Source of the DNA: Okamejei kenojei
Taxonomy: Eukaryota
DNA: 64,000 nucleotides
Assembly: GCA_035221665.1 (NCBI GenBank)
Contig: CM069131.1
Location: 87,172,001-87,236,000, forward strand
Direction of reading: 5' to 3'
Notes under the pieces: generated by a model
What the model was told of the DNA's origin: nothing
What the model saw: the letters and a program-made list of their open reading frames with translations, nothing else
The model's database searches: none
Position numbers and translations under genes: made by a program
Part shown: piece after piece, positions 36,316 to 49,800 of the stretch
Position numbering within the stretch: position 1 is the first letter of the stretch
Layout of the letters: the number at the start of each line of letters is the position of its first letter

Positions 36316-39300
36316 GAAGGGGTAGAGCGGGAGGGAAGGGAAGAATTGACAAGGGAGTTGCAGAGGGAGCGGTCTTTGCGGAAGGCAGACAGGGGAGGAG
36401 ATGGGAAGATGTGGCAAGTGGAGGGGAAGATGTGGCGAGGAAAAGCATCTGCTTAGAGGCATTTAACCATGTAAAACTGCACAATACTAGTATTCCAAGC
36501 AAGTTTGGGATTATGGCCTGTTCATTATGAAATATTGGGAATTTCAGTTAACTCGCATATGAACTTTCCAAATAGGAAACTTCTTTAGTGACTAACAATG
36601 GATTCATAAGGGTCTCAAAGATCCATTCTATGCAGTTCCCATTACAGAGGTTATCAAAAGGCAATGATAACTGTACTAATAACAGTAAAACATTGTTAAA
36701 TGGGATAAACTATTTACCCAGGTTATTAAACTAATTAATAAAATCGGTGTTTGGACTCAGAATTTAAAAACACTTGTTATGTCTTGTCTGGATGATATTC
36801 TAACGCTGTATTTTTGTTAAAATCATCTGTTTCAGCCTCAACTACATTTTAGAAATTGGCATCCATCCAGTTCACTTTAAGTTGTTACCAAATAGACTTG
36901 TTGGTCATTGGGATTTACCTTTAACTATTAATTAGCCTTTGACTCCACCCTGTGGCAAGAGATTGGAGTTAATAGCAACCTGTTATAAAACTGACTTTTA
37001 TTCATCAAGAGTAATTGGCAATATTGTAGCTGTGTTTCAGCTGTGCAAGTCGGAATGGACATAGTGCAAAGTAGCAACCTCTTAAAGGACATGTAGATCA
37101 TTGTTAACAACCTTATGCTATTGCCAGCTGAAGCTACCTAAGTCACAATGATGAACAAACAGTATTCAGCATTGCTCCAGTAGTTTGGTCAGTCGAATTT
37201 CAGTTATTTACAAACTGATGCTAAGAGTTCTAAGATGGGAAATTGTGAATATCATCTCTAGTTTGGAGGTGGAGGAGAATTGCATGAGTTGCCAATTCTT
37301 CAGTTGTTGGTATCAACTAAATATATACACCAGATGCACCCCATGGGTAAAGGGCTATTGAGCGAATATATATAACCTACATGCTCAACCTCAAGTGGCT
37401 GCACTCCGATGGTGGCATATGTTAATCACATGGCAAACAAGTAAAAGTATCCTGTAATAATTTACCTAATCTTCTTGCCACCGGTGTACCATCAAGTTCA
37501 GATCGATGATAACACAGAATAGGTATTGGATCTCAAAATATTATGGAAGTATGGTTCAATGGAACACAGAATATTGACATGTTGGTTTCATGCTTATTCA
37601 CTGATTGCAAAAATATGTGGCATAACTGTGGTGAGAGATACATTCTCACTACGAGAAGGAGGAATGTTCTTTTCTGTCTTCCTCCATTTTGTCTCATTCG
37701 TCGGGCCTTGAAATAAAATCAGCAAGATCTTGCTTTAGATTTCGTACTGTCTGACCGGCTATGCAGCCATATTTCCTGCTTTCATCAGGGCATAATTATA
37801 CAACTGTATATGGTTATTCTAAGAAACAAAAACTTTGCTGGTTCAAACTGTGGTTCGGGAAACCGGCCTCTGCATAATAAAACAATTATTGACTTACACA
37901 TTCTGAATGAACTGCCTTACTGTTCGGGTTGTCACATCAATCCATGCATGTGCTCGCTACAGAGTGCAGGGATAGCACCAAAAAAGCAGTACATTTCCTA
38001 TTGAGGGGATTGGAAGCGGTTTGTTTAATGTTATTGTTACATTTAATACGGTACAGATTACTGACGTCTTCCAGTTCATTCTTAAATGGTCTTTGACAAT
38101 AATTCAGTTATAGGGCCACTAACTGTGCCCAACATGTCTTCCCATCATATTAGCTGCAGCAAATGGGAACCACTGAACCCCGGATATCGAGTTGTAAAGG
38201 AGATCTTTGACACAAGTTCTCCCACTTCAAGTATATGCAGTTTTGGATATTGACAGTGTGTTAACAATACTTCACCGGGGGTTCCGGCTACATCCTTAGT
38301 CAGTACTCTAATATCAGCACAATGAGGGCAGACATTGCAAACGCTGCGGCTAGGTAGGATGGAAATGGCTGCAGATGCCATTACGTTTTACATTTCTGAT
38401 CTACACAAGTAGAGCAGACCAGGGGTGGCAGGATTTCAAACATATTTCGGCATACCCCACGGACTTACATCTATGTGTGAGGGCAGGCATGCTATATTAT
38501 ATTAAGGCCACCAGAGTCCTAAGAGGTGTGGAATCAGCATTGTTTAAGGTGGCTGAAGCAGATTCTGTTTTTTGCAGGTATTAACACCGACAATTTTACA
38601 TCTCATTCCACCAGGGCGGCATCAACATCAGCGGCCAGGGCAATGGACATTCCCATCGATCATATCCTCGCGACTGCAGGATGGTCAACTGAATTGATTT
38701 TTTTTTAACGTTTCCAAAGGCCGATTACTAACCCGGGCTATTGCCCATTCTGTTTTGCGTCCACTTTAGCCTCTGAGATAGATGGGTTGCTATTGATTTC
38801 TTTATTAACGTAAACCATTAATACATTTGAATCAATGTCATGGTTAATGCATTGTTGATTATTCACTCATCCTGAGTCAATCGATGCAGTGAGACGCGGG
38901 GGTTTCAATCTGCGGCATGAAATCACAGAGCTTTGAACTCTTCACAGAATCACTCATGTGACTCCGGAGTAAAATAGTAAGATTAAATGAGAACTTACCA
39001 GTTTGAAGTTTGATCTTTATTTTATGAGGAGTTACGTTGGTGATTACATGCCCTCCACTCTGCACCCTCTCTCACAAAGTTCATCTGGTAGTTTTCAAGT
39101 TGCTGATCTTACTATGTTACTTCAATTACTGTTACCTGTGATTTCATACCGCCGTTTTGAAGATTGACGTGCATGCGGACAGGCGGGGCTTCTTCAAGTA
39201 ATCACTAACGTAATTCCTCATAAAATAAAGATCAAACTTCAAACTGGTAAGTTTTCATTTAATCTTACTATTAAACACTGATTTTGGAAACAAGAGACAA

Positions 39301-39699
39301 CCAAAAACCATTGGGTAAAATCTGCTTGCTTGAATGTGGATCTTTCAGGAGGTCCATGCAACTATTATCCCACTCCTATACATTTTCTGTCTCTCCCCCT
39401 AATTTTCAACAATACACTGTTTGAACCCAACGATCACCCCCATTCCCACAATAGCTCAGGCTGTTGTCTATTGAGAATACTGCAGCATCTACGAAACCCA
39501 AGCAAAGATGTCTCAATATTTTAAAAACATTTACTGTAAAATCTTAAGGTAGAGAGCCTCTATCTCCTGCTCCCCTGGAAATATCTAGTCCAAGATCCAG
39601 ATGGTAGGTCTAATATTAATGTTTCATGTTTAGACCTGCCATCCAAAACATACTAGAAATATGAATTAGGTCTTAATTATGTTGAAAAACGTCGCAAAA

Positions 39700-40020
39700 T
39701 ACATTTTTTCAGAGCAGAGGTAGTCCATTCTCACTATTCTAGACCAGCAGATACAAGCCTAGTTGGCCCAACCTTTCCTATTAAGATAACCTGCTCATTC
39801 CAGGTGTTAACTTAGTAAACCTTCTCTAAACTATTTCAAATGTAATAACATCCTTTCTTCACTAAGGAAACCAATATTGTACACAGTTTGCACAGGATTT
39901 GTTATTTAAGTGGCCTTCAATAAGCAACAACATTCTGGTAGCGTTTCTGATTGCTCGCTTTATCCACATACTTACCTTCTGCCAATCATGCACCAGGACA
40001 CCCAGATTTATCTCAGAATC
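39700..40020 (-). mobile_element. Old CR1 fragment
   Basis: Degenerate attccagg...gtaaaccttctct...ccaatattgtacacag CR1 ORF2 signature. Confidence 0.6.
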
Positions 40021-40247
40021 CTGAAATCACTCACAATTTTGATATATGATTCTTTTTTATTTAGAATTCATCAGATTAAAAAGATTCAAGAAACAAACAG
40101 AAAGCCTTGAGAAAAATATTAAATGATTTTAACATCTGCTTCATTGATTTTCTTAAAGCATTAATTTTACAGATGTGTGGACAATATTTCAGAGGCAGAG
40201 TTGCTATTCAGTGGTAATGATTTTTTAATAGACTGTTAAAACAGATT

Positions 40248-40570
40248 TTTAGTTTAGTTTAGAGATACAGCGCGGAAACAGACCCTAGGGCCTACCGAGT
40301 CCGCACCAACCAGCGATCCACGCATATTAACACTATCCTACACACACTAGAGACAATTTACACATACGCCAAGCCAAATAACCTACATACCTGCATATCT
40401 TTGGAGTGTAGGAGGAACCCAAAGATCTTGGAGAAAACCCATGCAGTCACGTGGAGAAAATACTGTACAAACTCCATACAGACAGTACACGTAGTCGGGA
40501 TCAAACACAAGTCTCCGGTGCTGCAAGCGCTGTAAGGCAGCAACTCTAATGCTGTGACACCATGCCGCCC
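40248..40570 (-). mobile_element. tRNA-derived SINE, full length
   Basis: (TTTAG)n tail; head revcomp gtaaggcagcaactcta. Confidence 0.85.
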
Positions 40571-40675
40571 ACAACAATATTATCTACATATAAATTACCA
40601 GATCTATTGGGAACTGGCCATCATCCTGGGGCAGCTTAATTCAAACCTGCACCTAACATCCTGTGGATGAGCACA

Positions 40676-41333
40676 TCTATATAATTAAAAGTCTCATCTT
40701 GACCACTTTCTGTCTGCGCTGTATATTGATTTTAGAAAGATTGCTGCCATATATCGCTATGATTTTTGGCCATCTTACTTACAGTCCTCCTCCACTGAGC
40801 ACGCCCCGAGGATTTTTCCCATCGATGAAAAATAAAAAAGTTATGAGTGTTTAAAAAACCTCAAGATCCTCTCGCCTGTCAATCATTGTGATGAAGGTAA
40901 CGCCCCGTCTGGGGGGGTGGGGCAGGATTATAAAACCCCAGATGCCTACGCGTGACTCAGTCACTCTGCAAGATCACGAGGGAGAGACCACGACTCTCAT
41001 TCTAATCTGTGAATCAACTGAACTGTGAGTCTGCAATGTACTTGCAATAGATTATTTTTGTTCGCCCTTAATGACAATGCCATGAGTTGTTTGGCCTGCT
41101 GCCTTGCCTGTGCTTGAAACTGCAATGCTTTATTAAATCCGACTGTGTTTGGAAAGGATAAATGCTTTATTAGGTCCCAATGTGTTTGGTTCAAAAGTCC
41201 CGCTCATTTCGTGACTTCCCCTTAGTGGACAGGTCGCGCTGATTGTGTAATTTCCTGTAAGTGCAGAGATCACTCTGATTGCGGAAGTGTCACTGACTGT
41301 GGAAGTCCCAAAGTGGAGAGGCCACACTCAGTC

Positions 41334-41366
<33 letters not shown>

Positions 41367-41560
41367 CACACACACACACACAATGTCCATACAAGCCCTC
41401 TGGAAACCAATCCCTTCAGCCCACAACACTCCATGCGAGCGATCCAGAAAGCCCCGCCCACCCTGGACAGCATTATTGGAATTGGTGGAGAGGTGGAGTA
41501 TTGCGTTGGGGGACCAGCCCTCCCATGTGAAGCTAGGACCCAACGGGTCCCACAGTCTAG
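40676..41560 (+). mobile_element. Non-autonomous Helitron
   Basis: A|TC start; 3' hairpin GGACCC-AAC-GGGTCC then CTAG; internal (GT)n/(CA)n. Confidence 0.8.
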
Positions 41561-41599
41561 CTCAACTTAAGCCTTCGAGCCAACATCTCCAACATACAT

Positions 41600-42187
41600 T
41601 TAGTGTCATAGAGTTATACAGCATGGAAACTGGCCCTTCGGCCCACCTTGCCCATGCTGGTCAAGATGCCCCATCTACACTAGTCCCTGCCTGAAATTGG
41701 CCCAAATCTCTCTAAACCTTTCCTATTCATGTACCTGTCCAAGTGTCTTTTAAAAACGTTGTTATAGTACCTGCCTCAATTACATCCTCTGGCAGCTCAT
41801 TCCATGTGTACATATCACCCTCTGTTGTTTCACAGATTCCTATTAACAGCTTATCCTGTCACCTTAAACCTATGTCCTATAGTTCTTGATTCCCCTACTC
41901 TTGATGTCATGTAGCCAGCCTGGAAAATTGTTCATGCATACCTGAAGTTTTGCCAGTGTGTGTACTGGTTTGGAGCTTACAATCTGAAATCTATCAGCAT
42001 AGATTTAGGTGCAGAATTAGGCCATTCAGCCCATCAAGTCTATTATGCTATTCAATCATGGCTGATCTATCTCTCCCTCCTAACCCCATTCTCCTCCTGC
42101 CTCCCCATAACCTCTGTCACCCGTACTAATCATGAATCTATCCATTTCTGCTTTAAATATATCCACTCTCTTTGCCTCCACAGCCTT
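41600..42187 (-). mobile_element. CR1 3' fragments (two pieces)
   Basis: CR1 3'UTR motifs ggcccttcggccc and gccattcagccc...caatcatggctgatc. Confidence 0.7.
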
Positions 42188-43175
42188 TAATGAGCTGTTC
42201 AAAGACAATTACCTATTATTCTCAGTACAAGATGTATCTTATAGTTGTTTTTTTTTGTTCATGTTGCCCTGCCTTTATTTTAGTAATTAGACTTACACTT
42301 CACACTGCTTGGTATTTCCACATACTGCTATTATGCAGTCCTCATTAACATTTATCAGCCCTTTGCTGACATCTGTGTTTGCCGCGCAGTGAGGAACAGT
42401 TCTGTTTTAGTATTGAAGGTGTATTCCACAGTTTAGTAATTAGAGTGCAGAATAAGGGATGAGGAATGTGAAGACATTTCTGGAAAGGTCCCCGAGGCTA
42501 TTGGTAGCTGAAATGCTAAATACTGAAAGCTGCACTCAAATTACCAATGAGTAAAATAAAATCAGCCACCAGGTGAAGCTCTCATTTTTAAACCTGCTGC
42601 CTTTCTGCATATAATACTTTTGCATCATAAATGGACACAATTATTTGTACAAAATGAAGATAACTCAACAGCAATAAAGTTCCTCCTTGATTCCAGCAGC
42701 ACTCATCAGCAAAGATCATCAGACACAATTATATTGGATTCCTGTTGACTTTGCTCAGTCTGCTTTGAAAGTGATTCAGCCTTTGTCGGCTTATTATAAG
42801 GTCAATAATACTGTGGGGAGCTGGAGATAGAAGCACTGAGGTTTCCAACTCTAAGGCTAAGGAGAGATCTAACATATGAGTGGAGGATGGTGCAATGAGT
42901 CAGAAGAGGTTCACTCACTATTAGAACTGGACTTCACACAGAGGACGAAGGTGACAAATGTGGTACTCAGTAAACAGCAGGGTATTTTTTGCTGAATAAT
43001 CAGAGACATTGAGAAAGTTGCATTGGAGCCTGGAAACAGACAATCTGCAGGTTCAGGCCACACATAGATTTCAGACACAAATCAAATAAATTCCCGTCAC
43101 TGACTCTTTCAAGTTCTCAATGGCTAAAGAGCACTACTGATCCCATCCCCGAATATCTAACTTTTACTTATCAAT

Positions 43176-43746
43176 GTGGTGAGACCACATCTGGAGTATT
43201 GTGTACCGTTTTGGTCTCCTAATTTGAGGAAGGACATCCTCGTGTTTGAGGCAGTGCAGCGTAGGTTCACGAGATTGATCCCTGGGATGGCGGGACTGTC
43301 ATATAAGGAAAGATTGAATAGACTAGGCTTGTACTCACTGGAGTTTAGAAGGATGAGGGGGGATATTATAGAAACATCTAAAATTCTAAAAGGACTGGAC
43401 AAGCTAGATGCAGGAAAAATGTTCCCAATGTTGGGCGAGTCCAGAACCAGGTGCCACAGTCTTAGAATAAACGGGAAGACAGAAGTGAGAAAAAACTTTT
43501 TCACTCAGAGAGTTGTGAATTTGTGGAATTCTCTGCCACAGAGGGCAGTGGAGGCCAAGTCACTGGATGGATTTAAGAGAGAGTTGGATAGAGCTCTAGG
43601 GGCTAGTGGAATCAAGGGATATGGGGAGAAGGCATGCACGGGTTATTAATTGGGGACGATCAGCCATGATCACAATTAATAGCAGTGCTGGCTCAAAGGG
43701 CCAAATGGCCTCCTCCTGCACCTATTTTCTATGTTTCTATGTTTCT
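43176..43746 (+). mobile_element. CR1 3' fragment with open ORF2 C-terminus
   Basis: VRPHLEYCVPFWSP...FFTQRVVNLWNSLP...GY*; (TTCTATGT)n tail. Confidence 0.95.
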
Positions 43747-43750
43747 AATA

Positions 43751-44371
43751 TGTAATTTAGCTCCTAAAGCTTAGACCTCTTAGTCTAGTTCAGTCAAACA
43801 CTGAATCAAGCACAGGACCACTAAACTTTATTTTTTGAACGAACAACAATCCCCTATACGATAACTAAACCACAGCGGGTTCGATCCTTGTCTCTGCCTG
43901 TCCAAGCCCTTCAGCCTTGTGCAAGCAGACACTGAAGAAGGGTCTCGGCCCGAAACGTCGCCTATCTCCTTCGCTCCTTAGATGCTGCTGCACCCGCTGA
44001 GTTTCTCCAGCTTTTTGTGTACCTGAAGAAGGGTCTCGGTCCAAATAATCATGCAGTCCCAAGCACCCTTCCAGAAGATCGACAACGGACCTCATGGGGG
44101 CTACCTTTTATAGGTCATCGGACTCTGTGGGGCCGAACTACATAGGGGTGGCACCCCTTACAAGCCAATCACACATATCGATTACATTAAAGTATTATTG
44201 ATTACAAAGAGCTCCATTGCAATGTTTCTACAGAAGCGTCTGGAAAGTAGTCAGCTAACTGAATAATGCAACATTTCCCCTGGCAGTATAAACAATTCGG
44301 CCAGGGCTTCACACCAGCCACTCATCAAACAGCAGTACAAACATCCTGCAACAATATTAACATTATTTACA
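43751..44371 (-). mobile_element. Solo LTR, same family as 20442-20963, with a Penelope pLTR insertion (~43931-44040)
   Basis: TGTAAATA...ATTACA on minus strand; shared gacctataaaag.tagc.cccatgaggtcc and ggatcgaacccgc blocks. Confidence 0.82.
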
Positions 44372-44954
44372 ATCCCTTTGCAGCTATCCAATCAAGACCA
44401 TGCATCTACAACACCTTGGAGTTTCTTTGCGGAGTCCTCATACATTTTAACAATGAAGAGGACATCTGGACCTCACCTTATCTGATATATCGATCTAGGA
44501 CCTAGACTTCCTGGCACCAACTCGCAGCTTGTGGCTTCTTACCGAAAAAGGCTAACAGACCTTGGAGGTGGATAAATCCTTTACTTTATACTAAATCTGA
44601 TTTAGCCAGGATTTACAAATGCACATTTGGAGCCAGTTACTTAAGGGAATATTAAAGAGACAAATAGAGTGAAATCAGCCTAACCCATCATCATATCTTT
44701 ATTCCATCTTTCCGCTGACTGGGAATCTCAGCCTATACTTCACATTTTAATGAACCCTACCTGTAATATCCGAAGAAGAGTTTTGGCCCAAAACGTTGCC
44801 TATCTCCTTCGCTCCTTAGATGCTGCTGCACCCACTGAGTTTCTCCAGCTTTTTGTGTACCCTGGTATATTATATTTCCGGTCAAAAATAGTCCAGTTGC
44901 ATTTCATTCATTGAAATATAAAAGCCATGTGCAGTGGTATTTAAGCCTTTTGTC

Positions 44955-45465
44955 TAGGGTTGCCAACTGTCCCGTATTAGCCGGGTCATCCTGTATATTG
45001 GGCTAAATTGGTTTGTCCCAATTGGTCCTTGTCCCGGATTTGACTGCTACTACTCGGGTCGAAGGGACTGACGGGTCGATGCGGCGCGTCCAGCCTCGCC
45101 TCACCCGTCCCGATGTAGTGCAGCCCATGGAGTGCTGCAGCAGCGCCTCGCCCGTGGCCCCGTCAATCAGAGCCCGGCCAGCTGTCCGCCTTTTGGACCT
45201 TCACTTACCGCTGACACCACCACCCTGCCTTCTCATGGCCGATCATCGGTTCATGAGTTGCGCGTGACGTCGCGTGCAAAGTCCAGCGCCCGGGCCAAAA
45301 CTCCTCAGCTGGCTTGCCGACTGGGCTTTGTGTGCAGTCCAGCACCCGGGCCAACTCATCATTCACCCAGACATGGCCGAGTTGAACGACGAATTGCCGT
45401 CGGGAAGTTGTCCCTTATTTTCACATTTTATCCCTTATTTGGGAATGAGAAAGTCAGCAACCCTA
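44955..45465. mobile_element. Non-autonomous hAT (Blackjack-like)
   Basis: TIRs TAGGGTTGCCAACT / AGTCAGCAACCCTA; 8-bp TSD CTTTTGTC / CTTTGGTC. Confidence 0.85.
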
Positions 45466-46076
45466 CTTTGGTCCCACTGATGAAAGTGCCCAAATTACAT
45501 TGTCTATGCCCAACATGATTTTGAACATTTCAATCATCTCAAGGAGTCTTCTTTTCCAGAGAAACCTTTGGCCTGAATTGCAGGCCCATCCCACAACCAC
45601 CAACCCCTCCTTCCCCGGTTTCTCCACGTTTAAATATCCTTACTGATGGTTTATCTTGAGTCCCAAATTATTCTGGGCATCTGCCAACCCTAATGTTGCA
45701 ATGAGCTGGAGCTGGTCACCAAACTGCACCAGAGCTTCTGTATTCATGAACGTATAGAATATATTATAGTAATTAAAGTGCTTTTATTCAAAACATAAAC
45801 ACAGTTAAGCACATTGAAACACCCAAAAACACACAAATAAGCATAAACAATAAATTAAAGCAAAACAGTTTTAGCATTCTAAATCAAAACCATACAATCC
45901 CCTTAGAGGATCTTAGATTACTTGAGGGGGGGATTTACCAAGCTATTCATTAATGAGAAGAACTGATGAATTCAATGGCCCATATCCAACAGGAATTCTG
46001 GCGTTTCCACGTTCAACAGTGCATGCACAGCAACCCCAGGCTTGCTTTCATTTCAATGGCTAAACATCAAAGATTC

Positions 46077-47684
46077 TTTTGCGTTCTTTTTCTAGGTCTG
46101 CATGAAACGAGAGTCTTCACGGTACAACAGAAGTCTTTAATACTTTACTCAATGCTGGCAGCAAGACAACTCAAAAATGGCTGCACACTCACACTGTCTA
46201 GAGACAGGAAAAAACTATATACAAAACATCTCCCTTTGTCCTTGCAGCGCCACCTGCTGCTCGGGAGGAGCAATGGGTCCTCCCACCCTACACAGTCCAC
46301 CAAACATCACACTCCCCCTTTCCAGTTTGAACATCTCTATTCCTGAATGAGTCGCCTTGGGGGAGTACCACGATTGCAACGTATTGATCTACGAAGGACC
46401 ACAGGCGGATCAGTGGGGAGTTGGTCTGGCGGAACTCCGTCAAAGTCAGGCATCCAGTATCCACACGATTCGGCACCGGGGTGTCCGACTGCTTGGTTCT
46501 GGTCAGGTTCTGTGCAGTCTTCGCTGGAGGAACGCGGCTTCTTAATTGGTCATCATGCCGTCGGCATTGTCCTTCTTGTCCTTGGACGGTGTACATTTTG
46601 GTTCTAATGTGACCCATGATCCTGCCAACGAAACATTTGCTTTGCTTGGCCGTATAATTGGGTAATATACGTAGTCGCCAATGTTGAATTTGGACTTGTT
46701 CGACTTCGTTGGCTGAGTGCGCGCCGTATAAGAGTTACGGGTCGGGTTCAAAACTGATAGGGGAGAGCGCACTTAATGTCCAAGCATCATCTCCGCTGGA
46801 GTTCGACCGGTAGTGCAGTTTGGAACGATTTGATATTGCTGTAAGGAATCGCGCAATGCCAATAGTTTCGATTTCTTTTCGATTCCTACAGCACATTTCA
46901 TGACCTACTTGAAAACGCCGATGAGCTGCTCTGCATCACCATTTGAGGCTGGATGAAAAGGTGCTGATGTCAGTTGCACAATTGAGTGTTTTTGCACCAG
47001 TCAGCGAACATTTGCGAGGCAAATTGGGGTCCATTGTCGCATACGATTGTTAAGGGCAATACCCAAATGGCGAACAATTGTCAGAATCTGCACTTGTCCA
47101 TGCGCAACTTCATGCCGTGGTTGTTCAGTGTCGTGAGGACCTGTTTTAGGTTCTGCAGGTGTTCTTGACAATGATGTCATGCACGTAGGCGGCTACGTAC
47201 GGAATCCCGGCAACCAGATTGTCGACCAGTTTCTGGAAGATGGCCGACGCCGGTGCGAGTCCAAATGACAATCGGTTGTATCTGAACAGTCCCTTGTGCG
47301 TGTTGATAATGAGCAGGTTTTTTGTCTCGTCGCCCAGTTCCACTTAGAGATACGCATCCGACATGTCCAATTTCGAGTACTGTCCTACTTGCAGCTTGAT
47401 GAAAAGCTCGTCCACTCTTGGTATGGGGTGTTGATCAATGTGCAATTGAGAGTTTGCAGTCACTTTGTAGTCGCCACAGATGCGTACCTTGCCGCAAGGC
47501 TTCTGAACGACAACTATGGGTGTGGTCCATTCTGAATAGTCCACATGGGTGATAGTTCCCATTTCCTCAATACAGCAGAGCTCCTTGCCGACGGCAGTCA
47601 TCTGACAGAACAGAAATGGTCTTGGTTTGAAGAACTTAGGGACGACATCGTCTTTGGACCCCACACAGTCCACCAAACATCACA
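46077..47684 (-). mobile_element. Gypsy (Mag-like) LTR retrotransposon, internally deleted
   Basis: 5-bp TSD GATTC 46072-46076 / 47685-47689; 3' LTR 46077-46311 after PPT AAAGGGGGAG; ~22 bp of 5' LTR; RT WTTPIVVV, RICGDYK, YNRLSFG, YVHD; integrase DNGPQF, HPASNG. Confidence 0.9.
46245..46262 (-). promoter_or_regulatory. Candidate CTCF site in Gypsy LTR
   Basis: Minus strand GAGCAGCAGGTGGCGCTG. Confidence 0.5.
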
Positions 47685-47897
47685 GATTCCTTTCCAGGCA
47701 TGAGCCAGCAAGGAGCCAAAGCCCTTCTAATATATTTTTTATTTTGTTGCTGTTGACGCGCTATTTTAAAACTATAGATGTTGCGGATTTTTGAGAAGGG
47801 CAATATGGCAAAATCCCAGCAAGGGTTGGTCTTGCAGTTTTGGAACTTTCTGGCTCAATCACATCCAGCAGGCAAGTAAATTAACATCTTATCAATT

Positions 47898-48166
47898 AGG
47901 GCAACACAGCAGGTGGAGCTGCTAGATCACATCATCAGCGACTCGGATTTGATCCTGACCATGTGGATTTCCTCTGGGTGCTCCAGTTTCCTAAAAACGT
48001 GCGAGCATGCAGGTTAATTGGCCTCTGTATATTGCCCCAAGTGTGCAGGTAGTGGATGCGAGAGTGGAGTAACATAGAACTAGCGTGAATGCGTGATCGA
48101 TGAGCGGTGTGGACTTGGTGGGCAGAAGAGCCTGTTAGGATGTTGTATCTCTAAACTAAAACTAAA
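47898..48166 (+). mobile_element. tRNA-derived SINE
   Basis: SINE core ggttaattggc; tail ctctaaactaaaactaaa. Confidence 0.7.
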
Positions 48167-48284
48167 TATCTCACCCAAGGAGAGGGACCAGCAGAAGAGA
48201 CCATAGCCAAGGACGCATAGGATTGTTAAGGGGCAGGGAGCGAGTGACTTGCATCGAAAGTTCCAATTCCAACCAAATCAGAGG

Positions 48285-48456
48285 ATACTTTAAAGGTGGA
48301 GATAGGTAGATTCTTGATTAGTTCATGTGTCAAGATTTATCGGGAGAAGGCAGGAGAGAGGGGTAGAGAGGGAAAGATAGATCAGCCATGATTGAATGGC
48401 GGAGTGGACTTGATGGACCAAATGGCCTAATTCTGCTCCTATAACTTATTAACTTA
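48285..48456 (+). mobile_element. CR1 3' end
   Basis: gatcagccatgattgaatggc...gcctaattctgctcct. Confidence 0.8.
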
Positions 48457-49489
48457 TGAGAGCCATTTTGCACATTCAGTTTTCTTGGTAAGGGTAAATC
48501 ATTAAGAAATTTTAAAATTGAAGCAAATTTGATCTGACTAACAGCTGAATATTTCAGTGCTTTCAGAAAGAGGAATACAGTGTAAAAACATTTCATTCAC
48601 TTCATTATTTGCTATTAAATTCTTATTACTTTTGCTTTTTTTGGTGGGAGGTGGAGCTTTACGATTGCCATTTGGTTCAGGTGCACTATGTTTTTCCATG
48701 CAGCCAAACGCGAACATTGAAAGAATATTAAATTGAGTTTGCCTGTTCACAGAATGCTAATGTTTTTTAACCAGTTAAAAAAAGTGTAAACCCATGGATT
48801 CCAAACACATCTCTGAATCATGAAGGCAAAATGATTAAGGCAGCATTACTACACCATGAAGCTACATTTACGATCCAAACATTAAATTACATTAATGAAA
48901 AAGATGTAATTTGGTTGTCATAATCTCAGCAACAACTTTCATAAAAATATGAAATAGGCGAGTTGATGATATTGTTTCTTTTTTAAACACTGCCAGACCC
49001 ATAAACTGCCAGGTTTTATAGTACCTCAGACATTGTTTAGGATGGTATTCAATATCTGTCCTTCCACAAATTGCAACAATGACAGGTGGCAGAGGATTCT
49101 ATGCATAATTTCCCTTGATGAATGTCTTCCTATTTTCATTTTTTTTAATATGGTGCAGGATGAAGGAGAGTCTGAAAAAATTGAAAGCAGTAATCTAGAT
49201 GTGAATATCAATACATTTTGGTTGGCAGGACCACTGAGCCTCTCTCCTTTCCTATCAAGTGAGAAAGTACTGAACAGAACAGACAATTAGCCTGGTTGAG
49301 ATTGCAGCCACGTTCAAAGCAGATAAAACACAACTCGGGAGAAGATCCATTGAAATCAGTATGGGAGTGGTCGTGGGGTAGGGTTTTTGGCTTAATTGCC
49401 AGAATATAATCCACTGTGGACATTTGGTGGAGCCAGAAATTACATGCTGTGAAAGGGTTGTTGCTAATGGCTGATGGTCACAGTGGATG

Positions 49490-49800
49490 TTTTAGAGCTT
49501 TACAGTTAGAGCATGGAAACAGGCCACTCGGTCCACCAGGTCCAATCCAGCCAGCGATCATCCCATATGTTAATACTATCCTGCACACTAGGGACGATTT
49601 ACAAAAGCCAATTAACCTACTAACCTATACATCTTTGGAGTATAGGAGGAAACCAGAGCACCCGGAGTAAACCCACAAGGTCACAGAGAGAACGTACATA
49701 CTCCGTAAAACAGCACCCAGGCATCAGGAACAGCATCGGGATCAAACCTGGGTATCTGGTGCTGTCAGGCAGCAACTCTACCGCTGTGCCACTGTGCCAC
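49490..49800 (-). mobile_element. tRNA-derived SINE
   Basis: Head revcomp ggcagcaactctaccgctgtgccac. Confidence 0.8.

Larger units (their letters stand above)
35565..36440 (-). mobile_element. Young Penelope (Neptune-like) insertion in DIRS copy 2
   Basis: 7-bp TSD AAAAGCA 35558-35564 / 36441-36447; pLTR plus GIY-YIG. Confidence 0.9.
34042..39272 (+). mobile_element. DIRS-type retrotransposon, decayed (copy 2)
   Basis: ATT termini; ICR 38939-39047; RNase H QTDA, MTase PPF/DWxxQP remnants; YR FTSHSTRAASTSAA...ILATAGWS (38526-38708). Confidence 0.92.

Noticed and set aside
35904-36530. 208-aa ORF on the plus strand
   Set aside because: Antisense shadow of the Penelope GIY-YIG region
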